DNA of 62,641 nt, filler included, from Candidatus Desantisbacteria bacterium CG1_02_49_89 (GTDB taxonomy: Bacteria; Desantisbacteria; UBA1551), in assembly GCA_001871075.1 (NCBI GenBank). It is 5 parts of 5 records of this genome, joined end to end, with 100 filler letters (N's around TTAATTAATTAA, not from the genome) between each part and the next. Parts side by side here need not be neighbours in the genome. Positions count along the whole stretch, not along the records: positions 35,098 to 62,641 come from MNUP01000149.1; 4 more parts are not named here. One strand, given 5' to 3'. Under the pieces are notes generated by a model that had not been told where the DNA came from, made no database searches, and saw only the letters and a program-made list of their open reading frames with translations. Every line of letters begins with the position of its first letter. Positions within the stretch are counted from its first letter, which is position 1. The translations under genes and the position numbers were made by a program. Below, piece after piece: positions 38,267 to 47,808 of this stretch.

Positions 38267-38435
38267 TTAATAATGTAGCCTTTCCGGCTATTTTGCAACA
38301 TTAAAGGCAGGGATCAGGTATAATATATATACAGGGCCATAAAAGCCCAAAAACTGGTAAAAAGCGAGGATTTAAGGACCAACTTGCCCCGGCTTGAACA
38401 GGGCGCTAAAGCGGAGACATCCCGGATTCTTTCCT

Positions 38436-38466
38436 ACCCGTGCTTTGGCACGGGTTTTTTGTTTTT
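38436..38466 (+). terminator. Leader terminator/attenuator upstream of the hypothetical-AAA-Clp run
   Basis: ACCCGTGC-TTTG-GCACGGGT-TTTTTGTTTTT ending ~17 nt before ATG 38483. Confidence 0.7.
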
Positions 38467-38482
38467 CCGGGAAGGAGAAGGT

Positions 38483-39268
38483 ATGAGCGAGAAGCTGGAG
38501 ACAGAGGTGGTGCAGGGTTTCAATACCCAGGACGGCAAAGGGATCAACCATTTGGAGATCGGGGGCAAAAGGTTCCTTGTGGCTGAGGACCTGGCCGCAG
38601 AGGAAGAAACGCTGGTCGCTAAGGTGAAAATGATGGAAGAAGGGGCAAGGACGATCTCTTTCCCGGTTGACACGCTTTCCATAGACGGCGAAAAGAAGTT
38701 CTTCACCGTCAGGATAAGCGTAAAATGGGATGATTACAGGTGCGTTCATGGCGTGAGGTGTTATTCCAGGGGCAAGCTGATGTACAGCACGAGCATCTGG
38801 TGCATGAGCGCGAAAATGATGGGCCTGGTTTCCAGGGCGGAAAAAAACTGGCCGCTTTTCTTCAAAGTCGAGGATAAATACGTCGCGTGCCTGGCCTGCA
38901 AAGCCGAGTGGCTGGAAGTCTTTGTTTTCGACAAGCTTATTTTGAAAAAACCGGAGAATTTCGAAGAACTGCCTTCCCGTTTCAGCGGGGGTCATTACCG
39001 TTTCGGCGGGATCCAGGAGGAAAGGCGGGGATTATGCTGGACCGCGTATACCTTTATAAAAGGAAAGCCCGCAAGGCTGTATTATTTTAAATATCCAGGT
39101 TTTATGTGGAGAAGCGTTAACCTGGCCCACGGCAGGGAGATAATTGACTACAGCCAGGATGAAAAGGATTACACCCAGGTCAAGGCCCTGGAGCCGTCGT
39201 TTGACACCAGCGCTGAAGAGCTGGTCGTTAAATCAGGGGATTCTGTTGAAAGCGTTATTTGTTTTTAA
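38483..39268 (+). CDS. Hypothetical protein
   Basis: AAGGAG RBS before ATG 38483. Confidence 0.7.
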   Translation: MSEKLETEVVQGFNTQDGKGINHLEIGGKRFLVAEDLAAEEETLVAKVKMMEEGARTISFPVDTLSIDGEKKFFTVRISVKWDDYRCVHGVRCYSRGKLMYSTSIWCMSAKMMGLVSRAEKNWPLFFKVEDKYVACLACKAEWLEVFVFDKLILKKPENFEELPSRFSGGHYRFGGIQEERRGLCWTAYTFIKGKPARLYYFKYPGFMWRSVNLAHGREIIDYSQDEKDYTQVKALEPSFDTSAEELVVKSGDSVESVICF

Positions 39269-39280
39269 AAAGGGGAAACC

Positions 39281-39775
39281 ATGAAAATGAAAAATGGGGG
39301 AACGGGGTTCAGGGTGCCTCGCGAAGTGGTTGATATCCTGGGCTTAAAAGCCGATAAAAACGAGCCGGATAATATAACCGGGATAGGCGCGCGGGACCCG
39401 TTCAACAAGGGCGTGATTTGCAGCATTTACAAGTTCTGCGCGTATAATGAGATAATACTGCCGGTTTGCCCGGGCAGGCATCATTTTGAGTCAATCGACG
39501 CTTTCAACGAAACCAGGAGAAAGAAAGGGTTAAAGACAGTGGGATTTAAAAAGTGGCTGAGGTGCTTTATCCATCGCAAGAAAAAGCATAATGAATATAT
39601 CCTGGGCGCCAGGGCCATGGAGGAAAAGCCGGGCCGCTTCAGGATAGAAACGCTGAAGAAGATCGCAGCCTGGCTGCGAAGGACATACGGCGTAAAAGCC
39701 GGGGTTATGAAACCGGAAGTAGAGGGCGCGTTGCTGGATCTTCTTGAATGCCCTTTACCAGGATATTTTGAGTGA
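39281..39775 (+). CDS. Hypothetical basic protein
   Basis: AGGGG RBS; 12 nt after the previous gene. Confidence 0.65.
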   Translation: MKMKNGGTGFRVPREVVDILGLKADKNEPDNITGIGARDPFNKGVICSIYKFCAYNEIILPVCPGRHHFESIDAFNETRRKKGLKTVGFKKWLRCFIHRKKKHNEYILGARAMEEKPGRFRIETLKKIAAWLRRTYGVKAGVMKPEVEGALLDLLECPLPGYFE

Positions 39776-39790
39776 AGTCAAACGATAGCT

Positions 39791-40195
39791 TATTGCCCCT
39801 GCAGCTGCTCATGATCCCCCCTACTTTTTTTCGAAAGTGACAGGGGGGACCTACAAGCCAGAGTAGTATTTTGTCCCTGTAGCCCCTTCGGGGCTTAATA
39901 CAGGGATTTTCGAGTCAGAACGAGGCAAATGACTCTTCAATCGATGGCTCTTCGGCGCAGGGGCCTGCGCGCCAGAATCCTGCCAGCTCCAAAAGAGCTC
40001 AACGGCAGGACCTACGAATCAGAACGGAGCTGATGATTCTCCGGCTGGGTGAATGGTAACCTATTGCCCCTGCAGCTGCTCATGATCCCCCCTACTTTTT
40101 TTCGAAAGTGACAGGGGGGACCTACAAGCCAGAACTTAGACGATGGCTCTTCGGCGCAGGGGCCTACGCGCCAGAGCTAAGCGGATGGCGCTCCG
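39791..40195 (+). repeat. Tandem, recursively nested family B elements
   Basis: ~72-nt direct repeat (39791/40062) plus six CCTWCG-like linker/stem-GARC modules. Confidence 0.85.
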
Positions 40196-40206
40196 GGGAG
40201 TTAAAA

Positions 40207-40386
40207 ATGGAAGAGAAAGAAGAACTTAAGTGGTATACCGGATTTTTAGACCTGGTGATGTTTTTTATGATAGTGGTAATAGGCTTTTTCTCCAGTTTCA
40301 AGCACGTGTATAACCTTATATACGGGGAAGGCAGGAAAGAAGTTATAAGGGAAATGAACAAAAGGAAGGCCAATAATTCTGATTAA
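40207..40386 (+). CDS. Small single-TM protein
   Basis: GGGGAG RBS; hydrophobic FLDLVMFFMIVVIGFF. Confidence 0.55.
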   Translation: MEEKEELKWYTGFLDLVMFFMIVVIGFFSSFKHVYNLIYGEGRKEVIREMNKRKANNSD

Positions 40387-40552
40387 TCCGGCGCAGGATA
40401 TAAGGCGCAGGTTCTTTTTTGGAGCGGGAAGCTGCTGAATAAATTGTCCGCCCGTCTTTTCAGCGGGCGAGACCTCGCCCCGATAGGCAACCGGGACTGC
40501 GGGACAAAAGTCAAATTGCAAATTGTAAAATGAACTGCAGAGAGGAGAGAGA

Positions 40553-40987
40553 ATGCAGAGGGAGTTTTATAAGGTGGTGGTGGAGAACTTCGGGAAGCTG
40601 GTTTCATATATCTTTTACATACCGCGGATGACGGTTGAATACAAGGTTGGGGAGTGGGTGAAACCGAAGATTGAGAATACCAGGCTATTTGTTTTTGATA
40701 CTTTTGCGTCAGCCTTGGAAGCCACAAAGCTTCAGGGAGGCATAGCTATTTACAAATGCGAAGCTACAGACCCTGTGCCCATAAAGTTCGTTGTAAGGAC
40801 CTCTTACATTACCCTGCAGCCCAACCCTGATCCCAAGAGTGAAGAGCCGGGAAAGCTAAGCAGGAAATTCCTGGATTACTGGGAGAAAAGGAAATTTGAC
40901 GCGGATGAAGGGGAATGTTCGGCGGAATGCCCGGCAGGGACGCTGGGGGTGGGGGCGGTAAAACTGCTGGAACAGTTAAAGAGTTAA
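40553..40987 (+). CDS. Hypothetical protein
   Basis: GAGGAG RBS; 144-aa ORF. Confidence 0.7.
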   Translation: MQREFYKVVVENFGKLVSYIFYIPRMTVEYKVGEWVKPKIENTRLFVFDTFASALEATKLQGGIAIYKCEATDPVPIKFVVRTSYITLQPNPDPKSEEPGKLSRKFLDYWEKRKFDADEGECSAECPAGTLGVGAVKLLEQLKS

Positions 40988-41140
40988 AGGGGTTAAAGGT
41001 TAAAAAGGTTAAAGATGACATTGCAGCAAATTGAGAAACATATCAGTATATATTAGAGAGAGGCTACTGAATCTACTGTCCGCCCGTCTTTTCAGCGGGC
41101 GAGACCTCGCCCCGATGGGCATCGGGGCACGGGAGGGGAT

Positions 41141-42490
41141 ATGAGAGAGAATAATGGGAATGGGATGTACAAACCTTTTGTCGCGATAGATCTGCCGCGC
41201 CTTGATATCAATAAGTCTTTCCTGGGATGCGAAAAGCTGTCTGAAATAGCAGAGATAAGAAGGACCTACCCGCGTATCTTAAAGGAAATAATAGGCATAA
41301 TCCTTGAAGAGCTGCTAAGGACCGAATACAGGCAGTTTCTCCCGGATATAAGGATAACGGAAAATCTGGAAAGATCGGTCAGGGATTACCGTTTGATAGA
41401 TATGGGCGGCATGAAATTGCGCTTCGCGGATACCGAGGCGATGTGGTGGTCAAAGCCACTTGGGATGGTTTTTGACGGGGACATATGCAAGGCGGACTAT
41501 CCCATTGTGGAGGGTTTGCTTTTGATATCAAAAGACAACTGCAGGCTCAAGATAAACATTGATTCGCGCGGAGATAATATTATGCATATTATGGCAACGG
41601 TCACCCGCGATAATATTGAGAACGCACTTAAATTTTTTTCCGAAATAGAGAAAGGATTGAGCCGGACAAAAGGCGTTTTTGACGGTAACGGACAAAGGAT
41701 AACGATAGCCGGAAAACGCGGCTGGGAAGAGGCGGTATTGAGCAGGCAGATAATTGAAACGATAGAATCCCAAGTCTTAGGATTTATGAAGGAGGAAAAC
41801 CGCGCGTTTCTTGCCGCCAACTCCATACCCATAAAAAGAGGTTTGCTGTTCTACGGGCCCCCGGGCAACGGCAAGACCCTTACAGGAAAGATAATCGCAA
41901 ACCAGACAAAAGTCTGCTTTATACTCTGCACCAACAAGAACTTCGTTTCCGGTTGGCGGGATGACGATTTAATCCGGATATACAAATTTGCAAGGGTTAT
42001 TTCACCTTCGATAGTTTTTATTGAAGACATTGACCTGGTTATAGGAGAGAACACGCACAGGCTGGGAACACTACTCCAGGAACTGGACGGGATCGAGGAG
42101 AACGAAAACGTGATAACGATCGCCACAACGAACCACCCGGAAGCCATAAACGAGGCGCTGGGAAGGCCTGGAAGGTTTGACATAAGGATTGAGTTCCCAA
42201 ACCCGGACTTTGAAACAAGGATCAAGCTCCTGAAGCTTTTCACAAAGAACCTGGTGCTTGACAGCAGCGCCGATCTTGGGGAAACAGCGGAAAAAACAGA
42301 GGGCTTCTCGTGCGCGGCCATGAAGGAGGTTGTCACGCGCAGCCTGGTAACGGCATATGAAACAGGGTCTGTTACAGACGGAAAGGTGGTTGTCGGGAAA
42401 GAGCACCTGGAAAGAGCTGCTGAGTTCGTGCAGAGGGTGAAAGGGATGATAGGGTTTACCGCGGACGCTGAACCAGCCCATAGACCATAG
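41141..42490 (+). CDS. Classical-clade AAA+ ATPase with uncharacterised N-domain, C-terminal IGF
   Basis: GPPGNGKT, VFIEDID, TTNHPEAINEALGRPGRFD. Confidence 0.9.
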   Translation: MRENNGNGMYKPFVAIDLPRLDINKSFLGCEKLSEIAEIRRTYPRILKEIIGIILEELLRTEYRQFLPDIRITENLERSVRDYRLIDMGGMKLRFADTEAMWWSKPLGMVFDGDICKADYPIVEGLLLISKDNCRLKINIDSRGDNIMHIMATVTRDNIENALKFFSEIEKGLSRTKGVFDGNGQRITIAGKRGWEEAVLSRQIIETIESQVLGFMKEENRAFLAANSIPIKRGLLFYGPPGNGKTLTGKIIANQTKVCFILCTNKNFVSGWRDDDLIRIYKFARVISPSIVFIEDIDLVIGENTHRLGTLLQELDGIEENENVITIATTNHPEAINEALGRPGRFDIRIEFPNPDFETRIKLLKLFTKNLVLDSSADLGETAEKTEGFSCAAMKEVVTRSLVTAYETGSVTDGKVVVGKEHLERAAEFVQRVKGMIGFTADAEPAHRP

Positions 42491-42612
42491 TCCATTGTCC
42501 ATAGCAGGATTAACTTACTATTGCAAAAGTCAAATTTTAAATTGCAAATTGCAAAAGTTTAAGTTCAAGCACGAGATTTTAAAAGGGAACTTAAGAGAAC
42601 TTAAATTACTTT

Positions 42613-42682
42613 GCCCCCTGCGGGTTTCTGCGAAACCACAACGCTGGGGCCTACGAACCAGAGCTGGGCCGATGGTTCTCCG
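42613..42682 (+). repeat. Family B element
   Basis: CCCC..GGGG-CCTAC-GAACCA-GAGC-N6-GA-TGGTTC-TCCG then GCACGGATTT. Confidence 0.75.
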
Positions 42683-42866
42683 GCACGGATTTGCACGGAT
42701 GAATATCTTTTAGTTTTTAAACTAATGACTAATGACTGTTTGCAGCGGAATGGCGGTGAAGCGAGTATATATTATAGAGAGGAGCACGCCACTGAACCTA
42801 CTGTCCGCCCGTCTTTTCAGCGGGCGAGACCTTGCCCCGATGGGCATCGGGGCGCGGGAGGATATA

Positions 42867-44306
42867 ATGGAAAAGGAAATGAACGTGCGGTTTAACGGGC
42901 CGATCCCAATAGAGCTGCCACCGCTGGCAAAGCCGGTAAAACAGTTCCTTGAATGTGAAACTGACGCGGACATAGAGACGGTTGTGCAAAACTATCCTGC
43001 CACTTTCGGCGGCATTGTGGAAAGGTCGATCCTGGGCTTAATCGGCAAGGAATACGAGGTATGCTTCCCCAAGATAAAAAATTCGCAGCTTGAGACCAAG
43101 ATCGCCTCGATCTGTAACGACAATTATGATACCGGGGCGGACCTTCACTTCGCGATGAGCACAGCCCAGCACAATGATTGGTACGCTTACGAGCCTTCGT
43201 CCCCCTTTGTCTATTCGCCGGGAAAAGACGGAAGCGCGAAACGCGATATCGGCATAACCACGAGAAGGGAGTTTGTTTACCTGCGGTCAAAAGACGGCGG
43301 GAAAATAGTTGCGGAATTTTACAACAACTGGCTTACCTATGAAGTGATCCTGCGGGTTTACGCGGACAGGTCAAACCTGGGCGGAGCGGTGCTGTTTGTC
43401 AGGCGGATAGAAGAAGCGTTAAACGGTGTCAAGGGAACGCTTTTTAACGGGACAGGCCAGATATTTGAGCTGGGTAAAAATTACGCGTGGGAAGACGCTT
43501 TCCTGGGTGACGGGGTAACGGAAATACTAAGGCACAACATATCCTTCTTCCTTGAAAACCGGGCGTTCTTTCAGGAACACGGCATTCCCTGCAAAAGAGG
43601 GATACTGTTTCACGGCCCTCCGGGCAACGGCAAGACCCTTGCGGGCAAGATACTTGCCTGCCAGTCCGGCATCAATTTCATATGGGCAACGAGCAAGCAT
43701 ATTTTCTGGCTGGAGCATAACTGCAGGAGCGACGCTTTCGCAGCGGTGTATGAACTCGCGAGGCGCATTTCGCCCTGCATCGTTTTCCTGGAGGATATTG
43801 ACCTGCTTGTGGGCGAAGAAAGAACGGACTCCAAAGCCAGGCTTGGCGCTTTCCTGAACGAGCTGGACGGCTTTGAGAATAATAAGCATGTTATTACCAT
43901 CGCTACTACGAATTTCCCGGAAGTGCTGGATAAGGCGATCTCAGAAAGGCCGGGAAGGTTCGACGTGAAGGTCCGGTTCGACAACCCGGATCACGCAACA
44001 AGGCTGGGCATCCTGAAAATGTATGGCAAGAGCCTTGAATTCGAGCAGGACGCGGACCTGGAAGAGATCGCTGATGCCGCGAACGGGCTTTCCTGCGCGG
44101 CTGTAAGGGAAGTTGTGACCCGCGCCTTTATAAAGGCGTCTGAAAGGGTGTTCCGCGACAAAACCGGGGGCAAGATAGCAATTTTGCGGGAAGACCTGCT
44201 CGGGTCAGTTTCGTTCCTGTCAAACGGGAAGGTGAAGATGGGGTTTGAGGCAGATAAAACAGTGGCCAGTGTCCCGCCCAGCAAAATTGGCGGGCAAGCC
44301 CAGTGA
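42867..44306 (+). CDS. Classical-clade AAA+ ATPase paralog, C-terminal MGF
   Basis: GPPGNGKT, VFLEDID, TTNFPEVLDKAISERPGRFD; GGAGG RBS before ATG 42867. Confidence 0.9.
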   Translation: MEKEMNVRFNGPIPIELPPLAKPVKQFLECETDADIETVVQNYPATFGGIVERSILGLIGKEYEVCFPKIKNSQLETKIASICNDNYDTGADLHFAMSTAQHNDWYAYEPSSPFVYSPGKDGSAKRDIGITTRREFVYLRSKDGGKIVAEFYNNWLTYEVILRVYADRSNLGGAVLFVRRIEEALNGVKGTLFNGTGQIFELGKNYAWEDAFLGDGVTEILRHNISFFLENRAFFQEHGIPCKRGILFHGPPGNGKTLAGKILACQSGINFIWATSKHIFWLEHNCRSDAFAAVYELARRISPCIVFLEDIDLLVGEERTDSKARLGAFLNELDGFENNKHVITIATTNFPEVLDKAISERPGRFDVKVRFDNPDHATRLGILKMYGKSLEFEQDADLEEIADAANGLSCAAVREVVTRAFIKASERVFRDKTGGKIAILREDLLGSVSFLSNGKVKMGFEADKTVASVPPSKIGGQAQ

Positions 44307-44514
44307 CCAGTGTCCAGTTACAGATTGAAAGACATTTTGAACAGGGAACCCTCCACCAAGATCGGCGGGCAGGCTTAAGAGAACTTAAAAAGATTCAGCC
44401 ACGGATTTGCACGGATCTTAACCTTTAATCCGTTAATCTATTAAACCTTTAATCAAATATTTTACTCATGACACATGACTCATGACGCGTGACTGTATCT
44501 AAAGGGAGGGAAAG

Positions 44515-45099
44515 ATGGAACTTGTGCCGATGGTAGTGGAGCAGACCCCGAGAGGGGAAAGGGCGTGCGATATTTACTCGCGCCTGCTCAAGGACAGGAT
44601 AGTTTTTATCGGTTCGCCGATCGACAGCGTGAAGGCTAATATCGTGACGGCGCAGCTCCTGTTCCTTGAGGCGGAGGACCCGGGAAAGGACATATGCATT
44701 TACATAAACACGCCGGGGGGCATCACGACCGCGGGCCTGGCGATCTACGACACGATGCAGTATATAAAGCCGAAGATCTCAACGCTGTGCGTGGGAGAGG
44801 CGGCAAGCATGGGAGCGCTTTTGCTGGCAGCAGGGGCGAAAGGCAAGAGACTTGCCCTGCCCAATGCCTCAATACTCATACACCAGCCGCTTGGGGGAGC
44901 GCAGGGCCAGGCTTCTGACGTGGGCATCCGCGCGAAGGAGATTTTGAAAACAAAGGACAGGCTGAACAGGATACTTTCCAGGCACACGGGCCAGCCGTTT
45001 GAGCGTATTCAGAAAGACACTGACAGGGATTTTTACATGGACGCGGAAGAGGCGAGGGAATACGGGATCATTGACGAAGTGATCAGGCAGAGAAAGTAG
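44515..45099 (+). CDS. clpP: ATP-dependent Clp protease proteolytic subunit
   Basis: [16 protein letters not shown] (Ser), IHQP (His), DTDRD (Asp). Confidence 0.96.
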   Translation: MELVPMVVEQTPRGERACDIYSRLLKDRIVFIGSPIDSVKANIVTAQLLFLEAEDPGKDICIYINTPGGITTAGLAIYDTMQYIKPKISTLCVGEAASMGALLLAAGAKGKRLALPNASILIHQPLGGAQGQASDVGIRAKEILKTKDRLNRILSRHTGQPFERIQKDTDRDFYMDAEEAREYGIIDEVIRQRK

Positions 45100-45182
45100 G
45101 GGATTAACTAAAAACATTTCAAATTGTAAATTTCAAATTGTAAATTTCAAATTGAAATAAATTTCTTAAACAGGGAGACGCC

Positions 45183-46799
45183 ATGGAAGAATATTACGGG
45201 AGCAACAGGGAATATTTGCAGGATTGTTTTCAGCTTGTCAAGATGATAGAGCGCAAGGCAAACGAGGCAAGCCGCGGGCCGGTGCCTGCAACAAAAAAGC
45301 CGGAAGAAAGCGATAAGCCTGAACAGGCAGATCCCATTGAAGAGCTGAGAGGCAGGATCAGCAGGAAGGCGGCTGAATCCATCCGAAGGAAAATCAGCAT
45401 CCCGCTTGAGGAGCTTGTCAAAAAGCACAAGTTAAGCGAAGACGAAAGAAAGATCCTTATGATCTTGACTTACGGGGAAAGCATGTGCTCAACAGAATAC
45501 CAGGACCCGAAACGGATGCTGAACCTGCTCACGCTGGGTAAAACAGAGGAAGCGATAAAATACTGGCATTATTTCAAGATCGATTCCGGGCTTTACCGGA
45601 AGAAGATAATTCTTATGCTGCCCAATGACCTGGCATACAGGTGCTATTTCATCAGGATCAGGCCTGACAAGCTTTTAAAAATACTGGGCGAGAAAAGCGG
45701 GAAAAAACCTGCCAGGAAAAAAACAAGGCAGAAGCTTCCGTCTGTTTCAGGGCCGCGGCAGATCTATTCGGGGCTGAACAGATACGTTGTGGGGCAGGAT
45801 TACGCGAAACGGATGATCTCGGTCGCTTTGTACCAGCATTTAAAAAGGATCAAGCTCAATGAAGAAAGGAAGCCGGCGGACAGGATAGACAAAAGCAATA
45901 TCCTTATAATAGGCCCCACCGGCGTAGGCAAGACATTCCTTTGCCGGATGCTCGCGAACACGCTCAAGCTGCCGATCGCTTTCTGCGACGCAACCCAGTA
46001 CACGGAAAGCGGGTATGTTGGGGCGGATGTAGAAGAGATGCTTGTCAGGCTTGTGAAAAGCGCCGAAAACAACATCAGGATGGCGGAAAGGGGCATCGTG
46101 TATATTGACGAGGTGGACAAGCTGGTAAGAAGGAATCCGGGAGGCGGCCACTTTGCCGGGAACAAGGACGTGAGCGGTGAGAGCGTCCAGCAGGAACTGC
46201 TTAAACTGCTTGACGGCGAGATGATCCATTACAACGGAAGGCATTTTCTCTCCCCTTCAGTGGCCATGAACGTGAGAAACGTTCTTTTCATAGCAGGCGG
46301 CGCTTTTGACGGCCTGGAGGATATAATCAGGAAAAGGATGAGCGGCAAGCGGATAGGGTTCGAAACGCCGGACAGCAGCGGAGCTCTCGCGGAAGGCTCG
46401 CTTCTCAGGCATATAACTACGGAAGACCTGATCAACTACGGGTTTACGCCTGAATTCGTTGGCAGGTTCCACACGATCGTGCCTATGGAAAGCCTGACAA
46501 AGGAAGAGCTTGTGAATATCCTGACAGAACCGCGCAACGCCATTGTCAAGCAGTACGTGGAGCTTTTCAAGGCAAGCGACATAGACCTGGAGATACCGCG
46601 GCAGGCGCTTGAATTAATAGCAGAGCAGGCGCTGAAAAGAAAATCCGGGGCAAGAGGGCTGAGGGCGATAATGGAAAACCTGCTTTCCCCGATGCTTTTC
46701 GAAAGGATGGACAAGGCTTCGCAGAACCAGGGCAAGATCGTGCTGGAAAAAGAGATCGTGGAAGGGATAGCTGCCAGGATGGAGGAAAAGGCCGGCTAA
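45183..46799 (+). CDS. clpX: ClpX-like AAA+ unfoldase with non-canonical N-terminal domain
   Basis: KSNILIIGPTGVGKT, GYVG, IDEVDK, DVSGESVQQELLK, IGF, GARGLR; no CxxC zinc domain. Confidence 0.88.
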   Translation: MEEYYGSNREYLQDCFQLVKMIERKANEASRGPVPATKKPEESDKPEQADPIEELRGRISRKAAESIRRKISIPLEELVKKHKLSEDERKILMILTYGESMCSTEYQDPKRMLNLLTLGKTEEAIKYWHYFKIDSGLYRKKIILMLPNDLAYRCYFIRIRPDKLLKILGEKSGKKPARKKTRQKLPSVSGPRQIYSGLNRYVVGQDYAKRMISVALYQHLKRIKLNEERKPADRIDKSNILIIGPTGVGKTFLCRMLANTLKLPIAFCDATQYTESGYVGADVEEMLVRLVKSAENNIRMAERGIVYIDEVDKLVRRNPGGGHFAGNKDVSGESVQQELLKLLDGEMIHYNGRHFLSPSVAMNVRNVLFIAGGAFDGLEDIIRKRMSGKRIGFETPDSSGALAEGSLLRHITTEDLINYGFTPEFVGRFHTIVPMESLTKEELVNILTEPRNAIVKQYVELFKASDIDLEIPRQALELIAEQALKRKSGARGLRAIMENLLSPMLFERMDKASQNQGKIVLEKEIVEGIAARMEEKAG

Positions 46800-46921
46800 C
46801 TACCTTTGCAACCACGGATTATCACGGATTTCCACGAATTTAAATCCTGGCTTTTTAAAATAATCACTATAATCTCTTTCTAAATCACCGTAATCATGGC
46901 GCGCAGCGCCAGGGGGTAAAA

Positions 46922-47710
46922 ATGGAGATAAAATGCAAGGAATGCGGGAGCACGGACCTGAAAGGCTTGAGCACGTGGGCTTCAACCTCGATCGAGTTTG
47001 ACATCAAGCCCACGCCGCCAGGCGAATGCATTGTCGCGGACTCTTTGCGCGCCGAAGAGATAAAACCTTCAAGGCACGTGCGTTTTTACTGCAACAACTG
47101 CAAGAAGGAGATCTACGCAAGCGAAATCCTCCTGGACGGGAAAGACATGGACATGGACAGCTGCGAGTTTGAGCTGGGAACGGTAAAAATAAACGCTGCC
47201 GGGTCCGCGAAACTGAGCCTGGTCCTGTTCACCGAAGAGGAGATAAAAAAGAAAAAGGAAAGGGAATTAAACCACGACGACGATTATGAAGAAGAGCAGA
47301 AAGGGTTCCTCGTGGAACTGCTCTTCGGGTATTACGACACTATCAGGTGGTACAATGACGACCTGCCGCCTTACGACGACCTTAATAAATTAAAGGAAGC
47401 GTTCTTAAAGGAAGCGGCGGAGGGGGAAGAAGCGAGGGCAAAGCTATTTAAGAACGGGGCGGACAATATCCCGAGATATTATCCCGTGGGAGCAAGCCAG
47501 GAACAAAAAGAAAAACTGAATAAGTACTATGACAGATATGCCCTTCTAAAAGCAAAGGTTTATCTCTGGTTCCTTTTAACCGAAGACGAAATGAAGAAGC
47601 TGAGTCGCGAAGTGGTGGATCTCATCAAAGAGCACTGGCCGGAATTAAGGGATAAGGTTTTTCCCGAAAATATGCGGGCAAGCGAACTTCTTTCGTGGCT
47701 GCAGGACTGA
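46922..47710 (+). CDS. Hypothetical acidic protein with Zn-ribbon-like N-terminus
   Basis: CKECG and CNNC pairs. Confidence 0.7.
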   Translation: MEIKCKECGSTDLKGLSTWASTSIEFDIKPTPPGECIVADSLRAEEIKPSRHVRFYCNNCKKEIYASEILLDGKDMDMDSCEFELGTVKINAAGSAKLSLVLFTEEEIKKKKERELNHDDDYEEEQKGFLVELLFGYYDTIRWYNDDLPPYDDLNKLKEAFLKEAAEGEEARAKLFKNGADNIPRYYPVGASQEQKEKLNKYYDRYALLKAKVYLWFLLTEDEMKKLSREVVDLIKEHWPELRDKVFPENMRASELLSWLQD

Positions 47711-47808
47711 AAAAAGGAGAAGGGGGGCTATTTTTTGCCAAAAACCGCAATTCCTTGACTTTTGCCCTAAATGATATATAATAGATATGAGAAAATTTAT
47801 AAAGTCTA

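Noticed and set aside
39978-40043. Hammerhead ribozyme (CTGATGA present in two family B copies)
   Set aside because: No GAAA core partner, and CTGATGA is not conserved in other copies
39791-40195. Possible CRISPR array
   Set aside because: Only two long direct repeats, no regular spacers, no cas genes; explained by nested hairpin elements
38483-40987. Prophage
   Set aside because: Short hypotheticals only; no integrase, terminase, capsid or tail genes recognised
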